Positions 37,149 through 45,379 of a DNA stretch of 64,000 nucleotides are shown piece by piece. The stretch spans positions 59,756 to 123,755 of the IMG/VR virus record IMGVR_UViG_3300036651_001908. One strand, 5' to 3'. How positions within the stretch are numbered: the first letter of the stretch is position 1; each line of letters begins with the position of its first letter. Under the pieces are notes generated by a model. That model did not search any database. It saw nothing but the letters and a program-made list of their open reading frames with translations, and was not told the DNA's origin. Position numbers and translations under genes: made by a program. This DNA is from a virus.

Positions 37149-38348
37149 ATGGCTAAAGGCGACGACCCTCTGGCTCTACTCCTGGCCAACGCGTCCAAGA
37201 AGTATGGGCTGACAGTAGGCAGCATGGGTGACATCGTGGACGATGTCCAAGCGGTGAGCACCGGCAACCTGGCGATCGACTACGCCATCGGTGTGGGCGG
37301 CGTTCCGATGGGGCGCTCGCTGGAGTTGTACGGCATGCCGTCCTGTGGCAAGACCACCACTGCTCTCCAGGTGGCAGCAGAACTCCAGCGGATCATCAAG
37401 AGCGGCGGGGATGAGGCCCGCGGCATCAAGACTGACGACGTGATCCTCTACCTGGACTACGAGCAGTCCATGGATCCCGAGTACGCCAAGGCGCTCGGCC
37501 TCGACGTGCAGCACGAGTCGTTCAAGATCACCCAGCCGGACACGCTGGAGGCAGGTGCGGACTTCACGCTGGCTGCCGTCCGCACCGGCCGGGTGCGCCT
37601 GGTGATCTTCGACAGCGTCGCGGCCATGAACCCGTCGGCCACCGCGGAGGCGGAGAGCATCGGCAAGGCCATGGCGTTCACGCAGGCCAAACTCATGAAG
37701 CCGTTCGGCGTCACGCTGAACACGGTGCTGGCTGAGAACAACTGCATGGCCATCTTCCTCAACCACGCCGTGGAGAAGATGGCCATGGGTGGACGCCCCG
37801 GCATGCCGCCGACCATCAGCACGCCGGGCGGGATCGCGCTGAAGTACTTCTGCTCCGTGCGGGTGGAGTACCGGAAGATTCGGGACAACAAGGAGACGGT
37901 GATCGACCCGCTCAGCCAGGAGGAGGTCGAACGTCCGGCGTCCACCGACGTGCGGGTGAAGGTGGTCAAGAACAAGGTGGCCAGCCCGTACCGGGAGGCC
38001 GTCGTCCGCGTCCGGTTCGGCCGAGGCTTCGACAACTTCTGGACAGCGATGCAGGTTTTGATCGCGAACAAGAAGGTCATGTACTCGCAGGGCTACTACT
38101 ACTTCCACAACGTGGAGAGCCTGGGGCTCGTGCCGGACTGGATGGAGCGGGCCACGACCGGCATCAAGCGCCCGTACATCCGGGGCGAGGTGAACGTGTT
38201 CGCGCAGGCTGACAAGGACCCCGACTGGCGGGACGCGATGATCCTGCTGGCCGAGGAGGTCGTCCGGGACAACACCAGCGCGCTGGCCAAGGTGGCGCCG
38301 CAGGGTGCCGAGGAGGCAGACGAAGAAGAAGTTTCAGATAGCCTATAG
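37149..38348 (+). CDS. recA: RecA recombinase
   Basis: STGNLAIDYAIGVGGVPMGR, GMPSCGKTT, FDSVAA, TPGGIALKYF, KVVKNKVA. Confidence 0.95.
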   Translation: MAKGDDPLALLLANASKKYGLTVGSMGDIVDDVQAVSTGNLAIDYAIGVGGVPMGRSLELYGMPSCGKTTTALQVAAELQRIIKSGGDEARGIKTDDVILYLDYEQSMDPEYAKALGLDVQHESFKITQPDTLEAGADFTLAAVRTGRVRLVIFDSVAAMNPSATAEAESIGKAMAFTQAKLMKPFGVTLNTVLAENNCMAIFLNHAVEKMAMGGRPGMPPTISTPGGIALKYFCSVRVEYRKIRDNKETVIDPLSQEEVERPASTDVRVKVVKNKVASPYREAVVRVRFGRGFDNFWTAMQVLIANKKVMYSQGYYYFHNVESLGLVPDWMERATTGIKRPYIRGEVNVFAQADKDPDWRDAMILLAEEVVRDNTSALAKVAPQGAEEADEEEVSDSL

Positions 38349-38381
38349 ATTTTTCGATCTACGAGGAGTACACTCTAGAAC

Positions 38382-39542
38382 ATGACAACCGTAACCCGTG
38401 AGCAGATGGCAGCCAAGATGCTGTCGCTCGACACCGTCTACGACCGACTCCGCCAGACTGAGCCTCTGGAGTCGATCACGATCACTCCCACCACCCCCGT
38501 GCACTTCGAACTCACGGACGGCTGGGAGGCCGAAGTCGCGGCCCTCGGGCCGAACGACTCCACTCAAGCGAAGATCGTCGTGGGGGATCAAGATTTCCAC
38601 ATGACGAGAGACGCTGCCCTCCAGGCCTGTGCCAACGTCGGGCTCACCGGCGCGTACGTCCGGAAGACTCCGGGCGAACTGGTGCAGGCGCACCTCGACT
38701 ACCACTACAGCCACGGCGTGGACGGCAAGGAGATGAACGCGCTGATCGTCAAGGACAACCTGGCGGCGTTCTCCTCCGCGAAGATCAAGCCGTTCTCCAA
38801 CATCACTCTGCTCGACCAGGCCCTCGACGTGATGACCCAGCGCTACGGCGAGAACGCGGACATCCGGGCCGACTACAAGTTCAACAACTCCCTGCTCGAC
38901 ACCAACGTGCGGCTCGTCGCACTGGAGCAGGGGCGCACCATCACCGGTGGTGGCATGAGCGACATCCCCAGCGGGGCTGACGACGTGTGGTACCCCGGCG
39001 TGACGATGCACAACTCCCTCGCTGGCAAGAGCATGAGTGCGTTCGACGTGTTCATGTTCCGCCTCTGGTGCACCAACGGTGCGATCACCACGCTCGACGC
39101 CGTCGGCGCGTGGAACCGTCACCTGAACGCCCAGAACGAGCAGGAGGTCTACGAGTGGGCACGCTCCTCGGTGGACGAAATCCTCGGAGGGATGGAGCAG
39201 CAGTTCGCATCCATCCAGGCACTCACCCAGTTGCACCTGGGTGGTTCGACGGCCGAAGTGCTCCGCGAAATCTTCTCTGAGTGGGGCATCCCGGTGTCGC
39301 AGCGCGACGCCATCCGGGAACTCCTGCTCGGCGCTGAGTCGCTGAACATGTACACCCTGATGAACTCCATCACGCAGGTGGCCAACGAGGGTGACATCAG
39401 TGACGCCCGTCGCGACCGCCTCATGAGGATCGGTGGCTCACTCCCGACGCGGCACTACAACAACCTGAAGGCCCGCGTCTGGAACGAGGGGCACACGTCC
39501 ACCGAGGATGTCAACCCCTACGAACTGGTCATCGGCCAGTAG
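38382..39542 (+). CDS. DUF932-like protein (leaderless)
   Basis: NSLAG...FRLWCTNG motif; TACACT-N7-ATG. Confidence 0.65.
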   Translation: MTTVTREQMAAKMLSLDTVYDRLRQTEPLESITITPTTPVHFELTDGWEAEVAALGPNDSTQAKIVVGDQDFHMTRDAALQACANVGLTGAYVRKTPGELVQAHLDYHYSHGVDGKEMNALIVKDNLAAFSSAKIKPFSNITLLDQALDVMTQRYGENADIRADYKFNNSLLDTNVRLVALEQGRTITGGGMSDIPSGADDVWYPGVTMHNSLAGKSMSAFDVFMFRLWCTNGAITTLDAVGAWNRHLNAQNEQEVYEWARSSVDEILGGMEQQFASIQALTQLHLGGSTAEVLREIFSEWGIPVSQRDAIRELLLGAESLNMYTLMNSITQVANEGDISDARRDRLMRIGGSLPTRHYNNLKARVWNEGHTSTEDVNPYELVIGQ

Positions 39543-39624
39543 CATAGAGACCGCTGCCCGGGTCCGGTGCTTAGTGGTGTTTGTCACCGCAGGCCCGGGC
39601 AGCCCCTCTGGAATCGAGAAGATC

Positions 39625-39804
39625 ATGAAGTCCCTAACCCTCACTGTCAACGTCCTCGATACGGAGGAGGCTGACGTGGAAGAACTTCTCTGCGGCTTCG
39701 GCAAGTTGCTGACCCAGGGAAACAAGATTTCGGACTACGTGATCCATCATGTGGTCACCGAGCGACGCCCCAAGCGGGGGCCCTACTCCATTGAGGACAA
39801 GTGA
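39625..39804 (+). CDS. hypothetical protein
   Basis: Fills the gap; TGATG overlap with the next gene. Confidence 0.5.
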   Translation: MKSLTLTVNVLDTEEADVEELLCGFGKLLTQGNKISDYVIHHVVTERRPKRGPYSIEDK

Positions 39805-40412
39805 TGGGCAAGCCAACCACCAACGCCCTGCTGTGGGTGGACATCGAGAGTACAGGGCTCGACCCCGTCTTCGACTCCATCCTGGAGGTGGGGGCGATCC
39901 TCACCGACCTCGACCTGGTCCCCATCAGTGGCTACCACGAGGTGATCAAGCCCGACCGCATGGCCATCGAACGCCTGCGTGGCGCACACGACGTGGTCCT
40001 GTCCATGCACAAGGAGTCCGGGCTGATCAAGGACATGCGGACGGCTACCGTCTCGCTGGCTGAGGCCGAGGCGGAACTCGTCCGCATGGTGACGGCCACC
40101 GCCTTCGACTACAACGAAATCTCCCTGGCGGGCAGCGGTGTCGCGCACTTCGACCGCCGCGTGATCACTCACCAGATGAAGGATCTGGACAAGTGGCTGA
40201 CGTATTACAGTTACGACATCGGCGTGTTCCGTCGGATGGCGACGCTGTTCAACCACGGGCAGCAGGTCATCCCACCGGTGCGTGAGTCCTATATGGAGGG
40301 GTTCAAAGCCCACCGTGCTTGGGCTGACGTGTCCGCGCACCTGGCAGAAGCCAAGAAGTTCAAGGACTGGGTGGCCGGACGTACGGTTCCCCTCAGCCAG
40401 CAGCCGGTATGA
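39804..40412 (+). CDS. oligoribonuclease-like DEDDh exonuclease
   Basis: LLWVDIESTGLDP, MHKESGL, AGSGVAHFDR, HRAWAD. Confidence 0.88.
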   Translation: MGKPTTNALLWVDIESTGLDPVFDSILEVGAILTDLDLVPISGYHEVIKPDRMAIERLRGAHDVVLSMHKESGLIKDMRTATVSLAEAEAELVRMVTATAFDYNEISLAGSGVAHFDRRVITHQMKDLDKWLTYYSYDIGVFRRMATLFNHGQQVIPPVRESYMEGFKAHRAWADVSAHLAEAKKFKDWVAGRTVPLSQQPV

Positions 40413-40518
40413 CCGACCTCTGGCACAGACCTCACCCCGGGCCGCTCTACTGGGACTGGCGTTGCCTGGTCTGTGGTGAGCCGGTGGATGACCACCCCTC
40501 CTGGTGGCGGAGGCTGCT

Positions 40519-40758
40519 TCACAAATCTTGATTCTGTGCCTCGTCCTGTTTGACCTCGACGCGACTTGCTTGCCAGGCACTCCAGTGCCCGCTCACTAGA
40601 GCCCAGAGGCTGAGCGCGGAGACGTACACCACCGAGTTCACCCACCCAGTGATCAACGAGACCGGGATCATCACGATCCAGAAGATGGTGAGCCACCCGT
40701 TCACCCGGCGCATGAACACCGGATCACCTTGCACGCTGGCCCAGAGCGACTTGATCAT
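40519..40758 (-). CDS. small two-TM membrane protein (leaderless)
   Basis: Two hydrophobic helices; TCGATTGT-N7-ATG. Confidence 0.75.
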   Translation of the reverse strand: MIKSLWASVQGDPVFMRRVNGWLTIFWIVMIPVSLITGWVNSVVYVSALSLWALVSGHWSAWQASRVEVKQDEAQNQDL

Positions 40759-40778
40759 GCCCTGAACAATCGACCACT

Positions 40779-41969
40779 TCAGACGATGCTCAGGTGACTG
40801 AACTCCCCGTCCCTGGTCAGCATGGTCAGCGCTCCCCGTCGGCCGAGGTCACCCGTCTTCTCCTTCCACCACGTGGACTCGCTCTCGAAGGTCGGGGTGC
40901 AGATGATCGTCCGCTCCCGCTTGGTGTCCATGCTCATGGTGTGGTAGTGCCCATGCAGGAGGAAGTGGCTGGCTCCAGGGTTCTGGAGGTTCAGCGCTTG
41001 GCCTGCCCACCAGTCCCACGCCTTCCCTCGCCGCCACTGGTGTCCGTGCGCCATCGTGAAGGTGGAGGAGCCGATCTGCCGAGTCATGTAGGTCGCGTCC
41101 CGCTCCGGCACGAAGACCGACACGTGGCCGTACGTGGTGGGGTTCAGCGTGAGGGCGTCCGCTAGTGAGATGGCTGCCTCCGTGGCGTGGCCGTCGTCCC
41201 CACGGGTGCGCTGCATGCGCTGCACATCATCATGGTTGCCGTTGACGACATCGACCTCGACGTGCTCCACCAGTGGGGCGAAGAGGTCCACGCCGTAGAG
41301 CATGAGGCGGCGGAAGACTCGGATCTGCTCGGTGACGGTCAACTCTGTTCGCCACATGTTCTTGCCACCTTGGCTCTGATTGCCCTCTAGGCAATCACCG
41401 AGCCACGCTAGGTGCACCGTCCCCACCGGGACGCGGCGGCGCACTTCCTTCAGGTCGTTGGCCGCGTGCTCTAGCGAGCGCACCAGGGTGTCCACGATGC
41501 CCTCGGTGCTGTCGCCATCGACCTTGCCGAGTTGCAGGTCACCCGCGAGGTAGTGGTAGACACTCGGACCCGCGGAGCGGTTGGAGACAGGCGCAGGTCG
41601 TCGCTTCTTGATGCTCCCGAGGATGTCATCGATGGAGGACAGGGCGCTGGACACCGGCTCGACAGCGAACCGGTAGAACCACGTTCCGGTGGTGAGAGCG
41701 TCCTCGCCCTGGGCTGCTCGTGACCAGCCGTGGGTGTTGTGCCTCATCTCCACGAGCCGAACCTTGTAGCCCGGTGGGATGGTGCCACCACCCATCCGCT
41801 CCACCGCTTCGGCCCAGTCCTGCTCGGTCTCTAGCCGCTCCGGTGCGGTGAGGGTGATGGCCTGCGAAAGAGGATCCCGCGGATCAATCTCGGCGGAGAA
41901 CTGATAGTTCGACCGGGTAAATGTCGGTTGCGAGAGTGGTGGCTGGGCTAGGCGATCAGAGAGATTCAT
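40779..41969 (-). CDS. calcineurin-like metallophosphoesterase
   Basis: GDLQLGK, LGDCLEG, GNHD, HGH, GHYH. Confidence 0.85.
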   Translation of the reverse strand: MNLSDRLAQPPLSQPTFTRSNYQFSAEIDPRDPLSQAITLTAPERLETEQDWAEAVERMGGGTIPPGYKVRLVEMRHNTHGWSRAAQGEDALTTGTWFYRFAVEPVSSALSSIDDILGSIKKRRPAPVSNRSAGPSVYHYLAGDLQLGKVDGDSTEGIVDTLVRSLEHAANDLKEVRRRVPVGTVHLAWLGDCLEGNQSQGGKNMWRTELTVTEQIRVFRRLMLYGVDLFAPLVEHVEVDVVNGNHDDVQRMQRTRGDDGHATEAAISLADALTLNPTTYGHVSVFVPERDATYMTRQIGSSTFTMAHGHQWRRGKAWDWWAGQALNLQNPGASHFLLHGHYHTMSMDTKRERTIICTPTFESESTWWKEKTGDLGRRGALTMLTRDGEFSHLSIV

Positions 41970-42207
41970 CGACTCGGGGTCCACAGGAACACGCTCCCAA
42001 TCTGTGACGGCGGAGGCTGTTCTCCTTGATGGAGAGGCCAGCCGGGGCGAGGACGGCCAGCAGCGCTGCTGAAGACCATCGTCGGTCATCTAGTGCGGCG
42101 TTGATGGCCGCTTGGTCCTTCTCTGACTGAAGGTTGAGCCAGTTCCTGAACCCGCACTTGGAGGGCTTGATGGGGGGACTGGCGAGGGCTCGAACGAGGT
42201 CGCTCAT
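41956..42207 (-). CDS. small HTH/Zn-binding protein (leaderless)
   Basis: C...RRHRLGACSC; TCGATTGT-N7-ATG. Confidence 0.75.
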   Translation of the reverse strand: MSDLVRALASPPIKPSKCGFRNWLNLQSEKDQAAINAALDDRRWSSAALLAVLAPAGLSIKENSLRRHRLGACSCGPRVDESL

Positions 42208-42283
42208 ACCACATACAATCGACCGACACGCCGCGGACGGGGCGAGGGGCACCTGGGTGGGGCAAAGATTTTTGATTTAGGTG

Positions 42284-42312
42284 TTGACACGGACCTCGAA
42301 GGTGTGTACTAT
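42284..42312 (+). promoter_or_regulatory. sigma-A-type promoter TTGACA-17-TACTAT
   Basis: Near-consensus hexamers. Confidence 0.85.
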
Positions 42313-42356
42313 AGAGGTATCAGACAAACACCACCCTGCTACCAAAGGAGCACACC

Positions 42357-43187
42357 ATGTGGATTTTTCTTCCAAGCGGCCTCTTGATGCCGTCCTCGTT
42401 CCCCGCCGACAAGGTTCCCGCCGAGTACCTGAAGCCCGAGTACGACCTTCAGATCCGGACTCGCACCCTTTCGCACCTGGAGAACTTCCTGAACGAGTAC
42501 ATGGCACCTGGCACGTACTCCGCCATTCAAGCCACGCCAGAGATGGACTACAACTACCGGGTCTACTGCTCGCACGACGACTTCGCGTGGGCGATGGGCA
42601 AGGCAATCGCCGCGATCGACTACAAGAAGTTCAAGCCGACCGCTGAGGAGAAGAAGGAGGACGGCACCTACCGGTGGGGCAAGGACTCCAAGGCCTACCA
42701 CGATGTGCTCAACTCGATCTGGAGCACCGTCACCCTGCTGGGCAAGCCTGGCGGATGGTGGGGCCCGTACTCCGAGACCAACCCCAAGGGCTACAAGGCC
42801 TCCGAGTTCCACTCCCGCTACGGGCTCTCCAAGCCGTCCAAGTACACCTCGTGGGGTAGCAACCCGCTCTTCTCCTCCGAGACGGAGCACAGTGGCTACA
42901 ACTGGGCCGACTACCTGCCGGACGACGACTACATCGGGCACGACGTGGCCCCGTTCGACTCCCACGACCTGGACTGGTCCCCCACCGCTGAGGAGGAGGC
43001 ACAGTTCATCATCGATGACCTGAAGAGGGCACAGATCCCGACCAGCGAGTGGCGGGACTCGTGCACCGAGGACGAGTGGATCGCAATCCGGTCCTACTTC
43101 GACCGGGAGGTGAAGAGGGAGAGGCGCGAGGCCAAGCGGGCTCGTCGTCGGGAGAACCGCCGTCGCTCCCACATCAAGGCGGCGTGA
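42357..43187 (+). CDS. hypothetical protein
   Basis: AAGGAG RBS; MWIF...DYNYR...IDYKKFK resembles a widespread phage family of unknown function. Confidence 0.85.
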   Translation: MWIFLPSGLLMPSSFPADKVPAEYLKPEYDLQIRTRTLSHLENFLNEYMAPGTYSAIQATPEMDYNYRVYCSHDDFAWAMGKAIAAIDYKKFKPTAEEKKEDGTYRWGKDSKAYHDVLNSIWSTVTLLGKPGGWWGPYSETNPKGYKASEFHSRYGLSKPSKYTSWGSNPLFSSETEHSGYNWADYLPDDDYIGHDVAPFDSHDLDWSPTAEEEAQFIIDDLKRAQIPTSEWRDSCTEDEWIAIRSYFDREVKRERREAKRARRRENRRRSHIKAA

Positions 43188-43206
43188 TCCGTCGCTAGTG
43201 AACAGG

Positions 43207-43246
43207 TACCCCTGGTGCAAAGGTTGTGCACCAGGGGTATTTTGTT
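43207..43246 (+). terminator. intrinsic terminator
   Basis: 13-bp perfect stem TACCCCTGGTGCA/TGCACCAGGGGTA followed by TTTTGTT. Confidence 0.85.
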
Positions 43247-43273
43247 GCGCTGTCAACGACTTTGTAGTACACT
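43245..43273 (+). promoter_or_regulatory. sigma-A-type promoter TTGCGC-17-TACACT
   Basis: Hexamers with 17-bp spacing upstream of the structured leader. Confidence 0.65.
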
Positions 43274-43279
43274 GTAGGA

Positions 43280-43457
43280 GAACACAGCAACCGTTCACCC
43301 TAGCCCAAACTAGGGGTAGCGCTCAGTACCCAGAGCCGCTATGGTGTATGACACCCGCACAACTACATAACGTGAGCAAGGCTGGCGTGGAGGCTTCACC
43401 CAAAGTAACTCGGCTAGCCTCGTCAGCCTTGCCCACATCACCCACCAGGAGCCAAGC
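43280..43457 (+). ncRNA. structured 5' leader or small RNA upstream of the HicA-like gene
   Basis: Four consecutive hairpins, including GCAAGGCTGGCG(43376)/CGTCAGCCTTGC(43432). Confidence 0.45.
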
Positions 43458-43670
43458 ATGGCCAACGCGCTTGCCAACAAGCAGCAGAAAGTACTTCTCG
43501 TCAGCCTCGAACATCAGGGCTGCAAGGTCCGCCGCACCAAGGACGGATGGTTCGTCGCTTTCCCCAGTGGGGGAGGCACGTCCGTCCACACGTCCACGTC
43601 TGACCACCGTGCGGTGCAGAATCTACGGTCCACGATCCGCCGTGCGGGTCTGGAGTGGCCGTTCGACTGA
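43458..43670 (+). CDS. HicA-like toxin-fold protein
   Basis: LEHQGCKVRRTKDGW...H.STSDHRAVQNLRSTIRRAGLEWP; AGGAG RBS. Confidence 0.7.
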   Translation: MANALANKQQKVLLVSLEHQGCKVRRTKDGWFVAFPSGGGTSVHTSTSDHRAVQNLRSTIRRAGLEWPFD

Positions 43671-43676
43671 GGTGAC

Positions 43677-43728
43677 TTGACCCTTACGGGGGTTGGGTGT
43701 AGCATATTGACACTCGCCCCCCGTAAGG
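43677..43728 (+). promoter_or_regulatory. promoter TTGACC-17-TAGCAT embedded in a hairpin that pairs with the downstream RBS
   Basis: CCTTACGGGGG...CCCCCGTAAGG inverted repeat. Confidence 0.65.
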
Positions 43729-43735
43729 AGCCCCA

Positions 43736-43981
43736 ATGCCTAACATTCAGTCTCTATCGTTCACGCGGTACTCGATCACGCACGCCCTGCCGTCCACCCT
43801 CTCGGACCTGGAAGGCGACGTGACCGCCGCGTACGCGCACTTCCAGGCCAACGGTCACGGAGCCCAGGTGCTCCCGGAGACCTTCGGGCTCGAACTCGAA
43901 GGCAGCGACCTGGTCATCTCCTGGGTCATCCAGGAGAGCCCGGTGATCAACGCAGTCACCTCCGCTCCCACAGCGCAGTAG
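43736..43981 (+). CDS. hypothetical protein
   Basis: AAGGAG RBS, codon usage. Confidence 0.75.
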   Translation: MPNIQSLSFTRYSITHALPSTLSDLEGDVTAAYAHFQANGHGAQVLPETFGLELEGSDLVISWVIQESPVINAVTSAPTAQ

Positions 43982-43987
43982 GAACGA

Positions 43988-44185
43988 GTGTCAGCCCCCC
44001 TGGGTGGAGCGACATTCGACACCTCCACCCAGGGTGACCGCCTCAGTACGATGCGCTCTAGCGAACGCACGCGCCTTGACCGGCTTCGTGCATCCGCCGA
44101 ATGGGCCAGACTCTACTGGGAAGGCGAGGTCACCCACCTTGACCGACAAATTGCCGAACTCGAAACCGAGCAAGCGAAGGCGTAG
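43988..44185 (+). CDS. hypothetical protein
   Basis: AGGA RBS, gene packing. Confidence 0.6.
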   Translation: MSAPLGGATFDTSTQGDRLSTMRSSERTRLDRLRASAEWARLYWEGEVTHLDRQIAELETEQAKA

Positions 44186-44435
44186 CCGTCTTTGGCTGGA
44201 GCATCCTCGGGTTGCTCTAGTCTCGGCTCTAGTGGGCTCGGCGGCGATCATCTGCGTCTTCATCGGTGGCGCCGCCCTCTACGAGCAAGGTATCCACGGG
44301 CTGCTGTGGGAGAAAATCTTGTTCTGGCTCGGCGTCGTGCTGCTCATCTGCTCGGCCATCTGGTCTCGGGATACGGAAGCACAGGCCTGGAAACGGGCCG
44401 ACAAGCGAGAGCGCCGGAAGAAGCGGCTCCGATAG
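44151..44435 (+). CDS. two-TM membrane protein (start uncertain)
   Basis: Two hydrophobic helices and a basic tail. Confidence 0.6.
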   Translation: MPNSKPSKRRRSRLWLEHPRVALVSALVGSAAIICVFIGGAALYEQGIHGLLWEKILFWLGVVLLICSAIWSRDTEAQAWKRADKRERRKKRLR

Positions 44436-44443
44436 TTCCCGGT

Positions 44444-44602
44444 GTGACGCACATCCTGACGGTGACCCTGACCGACGAAGAGTGCCATGCCCTTCATGAC
44501 CTCCTGCTCACCACCGTCGCGGTGAGTGAGGCGCTGGCATCGGCCCGCCGAGAGGTGCTGTACAAGATCGAAGAGGTCATCGACACTCCCCACCTGTTCT
44601 GA
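44444..44602 (+). CDS. 52-aa hypothetical protein (leaderless from CCGATAGT at 44429)
   Basis: CCGATAGT-N7-GTG; ends at the terminator. Confidence 0.6.
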   Translation: MTHILTVTLTDEECHALHDLLLTTVAVSEALASARREVLYKIEEVIDTPHLF

Positions 44603-44645
44603 AAGAGCCACGCCCGGGCTACCCAACCCGGGCGTGGCTTCTTCA
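44602..44645. terminator. bidirectional terminator
   Basis: AGCCACGCCCGGG/CCCGGGCGTGGCT with T-rich flanks on both strands. Confidence 0.85.
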
Positions 44646-44766
44646 CTCGACAGTGGCATTGGAACGGTGAGGGCCGACACCTTCACCCAAGTAGGCGTCT
44701 GTCCCGTTTTCCCTGCACAGCCTGTCGTGCTCCCCTGGCTGGGTACCCATCCCCACCGGCTGAAGT
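44602..44766 (-). ncRNA. candidate ~165-nt small RNA (or 35-aa peptide transcript)
   Basis: Minus-strand promoter TTGTGA(44801)-17-TATTCT(44773) reading into the bidirectional terminator. Confidence 0.4.
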
Positions 44767-44806
44767 AGGAAGAGAATACCTGTATTCCCGAAGGGTCACA
44801 ACCCCT

Positions 44807-44845
44807 TGTACTTGTGCATCTGCTGTACTTGTGCATCTGCTGTAC
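44807..44845. repeat. 17-bp tandem repeat TGTACTTGTGCATCTGC x2.3
   Basis: Exact repeat between two divergent promoters. Confidence 0.9.
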
Positions 44846-44886
44846 GCCGGGTTGGATCCGGGAGGGGTTTCGGGTATCATAGGAGG

Positions 44887-45132
44887 ATGCTGAACGCAGG
44901 AGTCGCCCGCCGCCACGCCATCGAGATGATCGAGGCTACCGAGGAAGAAGTTCTCCAACTCCCCGAAGAAGCGCTCTCACTGCTTGACTCACTGATCCAG
45001 TTGCCCGGGGTTGAGGTGTGGCCGGTGGAACGGCGGTCGGGGTTGCGCTGGAGGATCGGGATCGCCCACCAGACGCCGTGTGTGACGACTTTGGCACCAC
45101 AGGTGATGGCCGGGTACCCTCGGCACTTCTAG
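44887..45132 (+). CDS. hypothetical protein (leaderless)
   Basis: TTGGAT-17-TATCAT-N6-ATG. Confidence 0.5.
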   Translation: MLNAGVARRHAIEMIEATEEEVLQLPEEALSLLDSLIQLPGVEVWPVERRSGLRWRIGIAHQTPCVTTLAPQVMAGYPRHF

Positions 45133-45370
45133 AGGCCTCAGACGGCGTCGTAGGCGCAGCCAACGGCTCCGGTGGTGCTACAACGTGGTGCACCACCGGA
45201 GCCTTCGTCTTCACGGTGGCCGTCACGGTGGGGCCGGGGAGGATGCCCCCACCTAGGCGGCCGGAGAAGGGTGCGTTCATGAGGTAGATCGTGAGCGCGA
45301 GGGCTAGAGCCACGATCGTCAGCACGACGGTGTAGAAGTTGATCCAGCGGGGGCGGCGGATCTTTCTCAT
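44936..45370 (-). CDS. membrane-anchored Pro/Thr-rich protein
   Basis: N-terminal TM helix; last gene of the minus-strand run; 3' end overlaps the convergent ORF. Confidence 0.6.
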   Translation of the reverse strand: MRKIRRPRWINFYTVVLTIVALALALTIYLMNAPFSGRLGGGILPGPTVTATVKTKAPVVHHVVAPPEPLAAPTTPSEASRSAEGTRPSPVVPKSSHTASGGRSRSSSATPTAVPPATPQPRATGSVSQAVRALLRGVGELLPR

Positions 45371-45379
45371 GGCTTCAGG

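Noticed and set aside
26189-38348. Inteins or introns in DnaB, PolA or RecA
   Set aside because: Normal lengths, contiguous motifs, no splice-junction signatures.
40779-41969. Metallophosphoesterase as the Mre11 partner of the Rad50 half
   Set aside because: It lies 20 kb away under a different promoter class, so the pairing is unsupported.
43280-43457. Known self-cleaving ribozyme or riboswitch
   Set aside because: No hammerhead core (CUGANGA/GAAA) or other consensus that I recognise; kept only as an unknown structured RNA.
44807-44845. 17-bp repeat as a mini-CRISPR
   Set aside because: Directly tandem, too short, no spacer.
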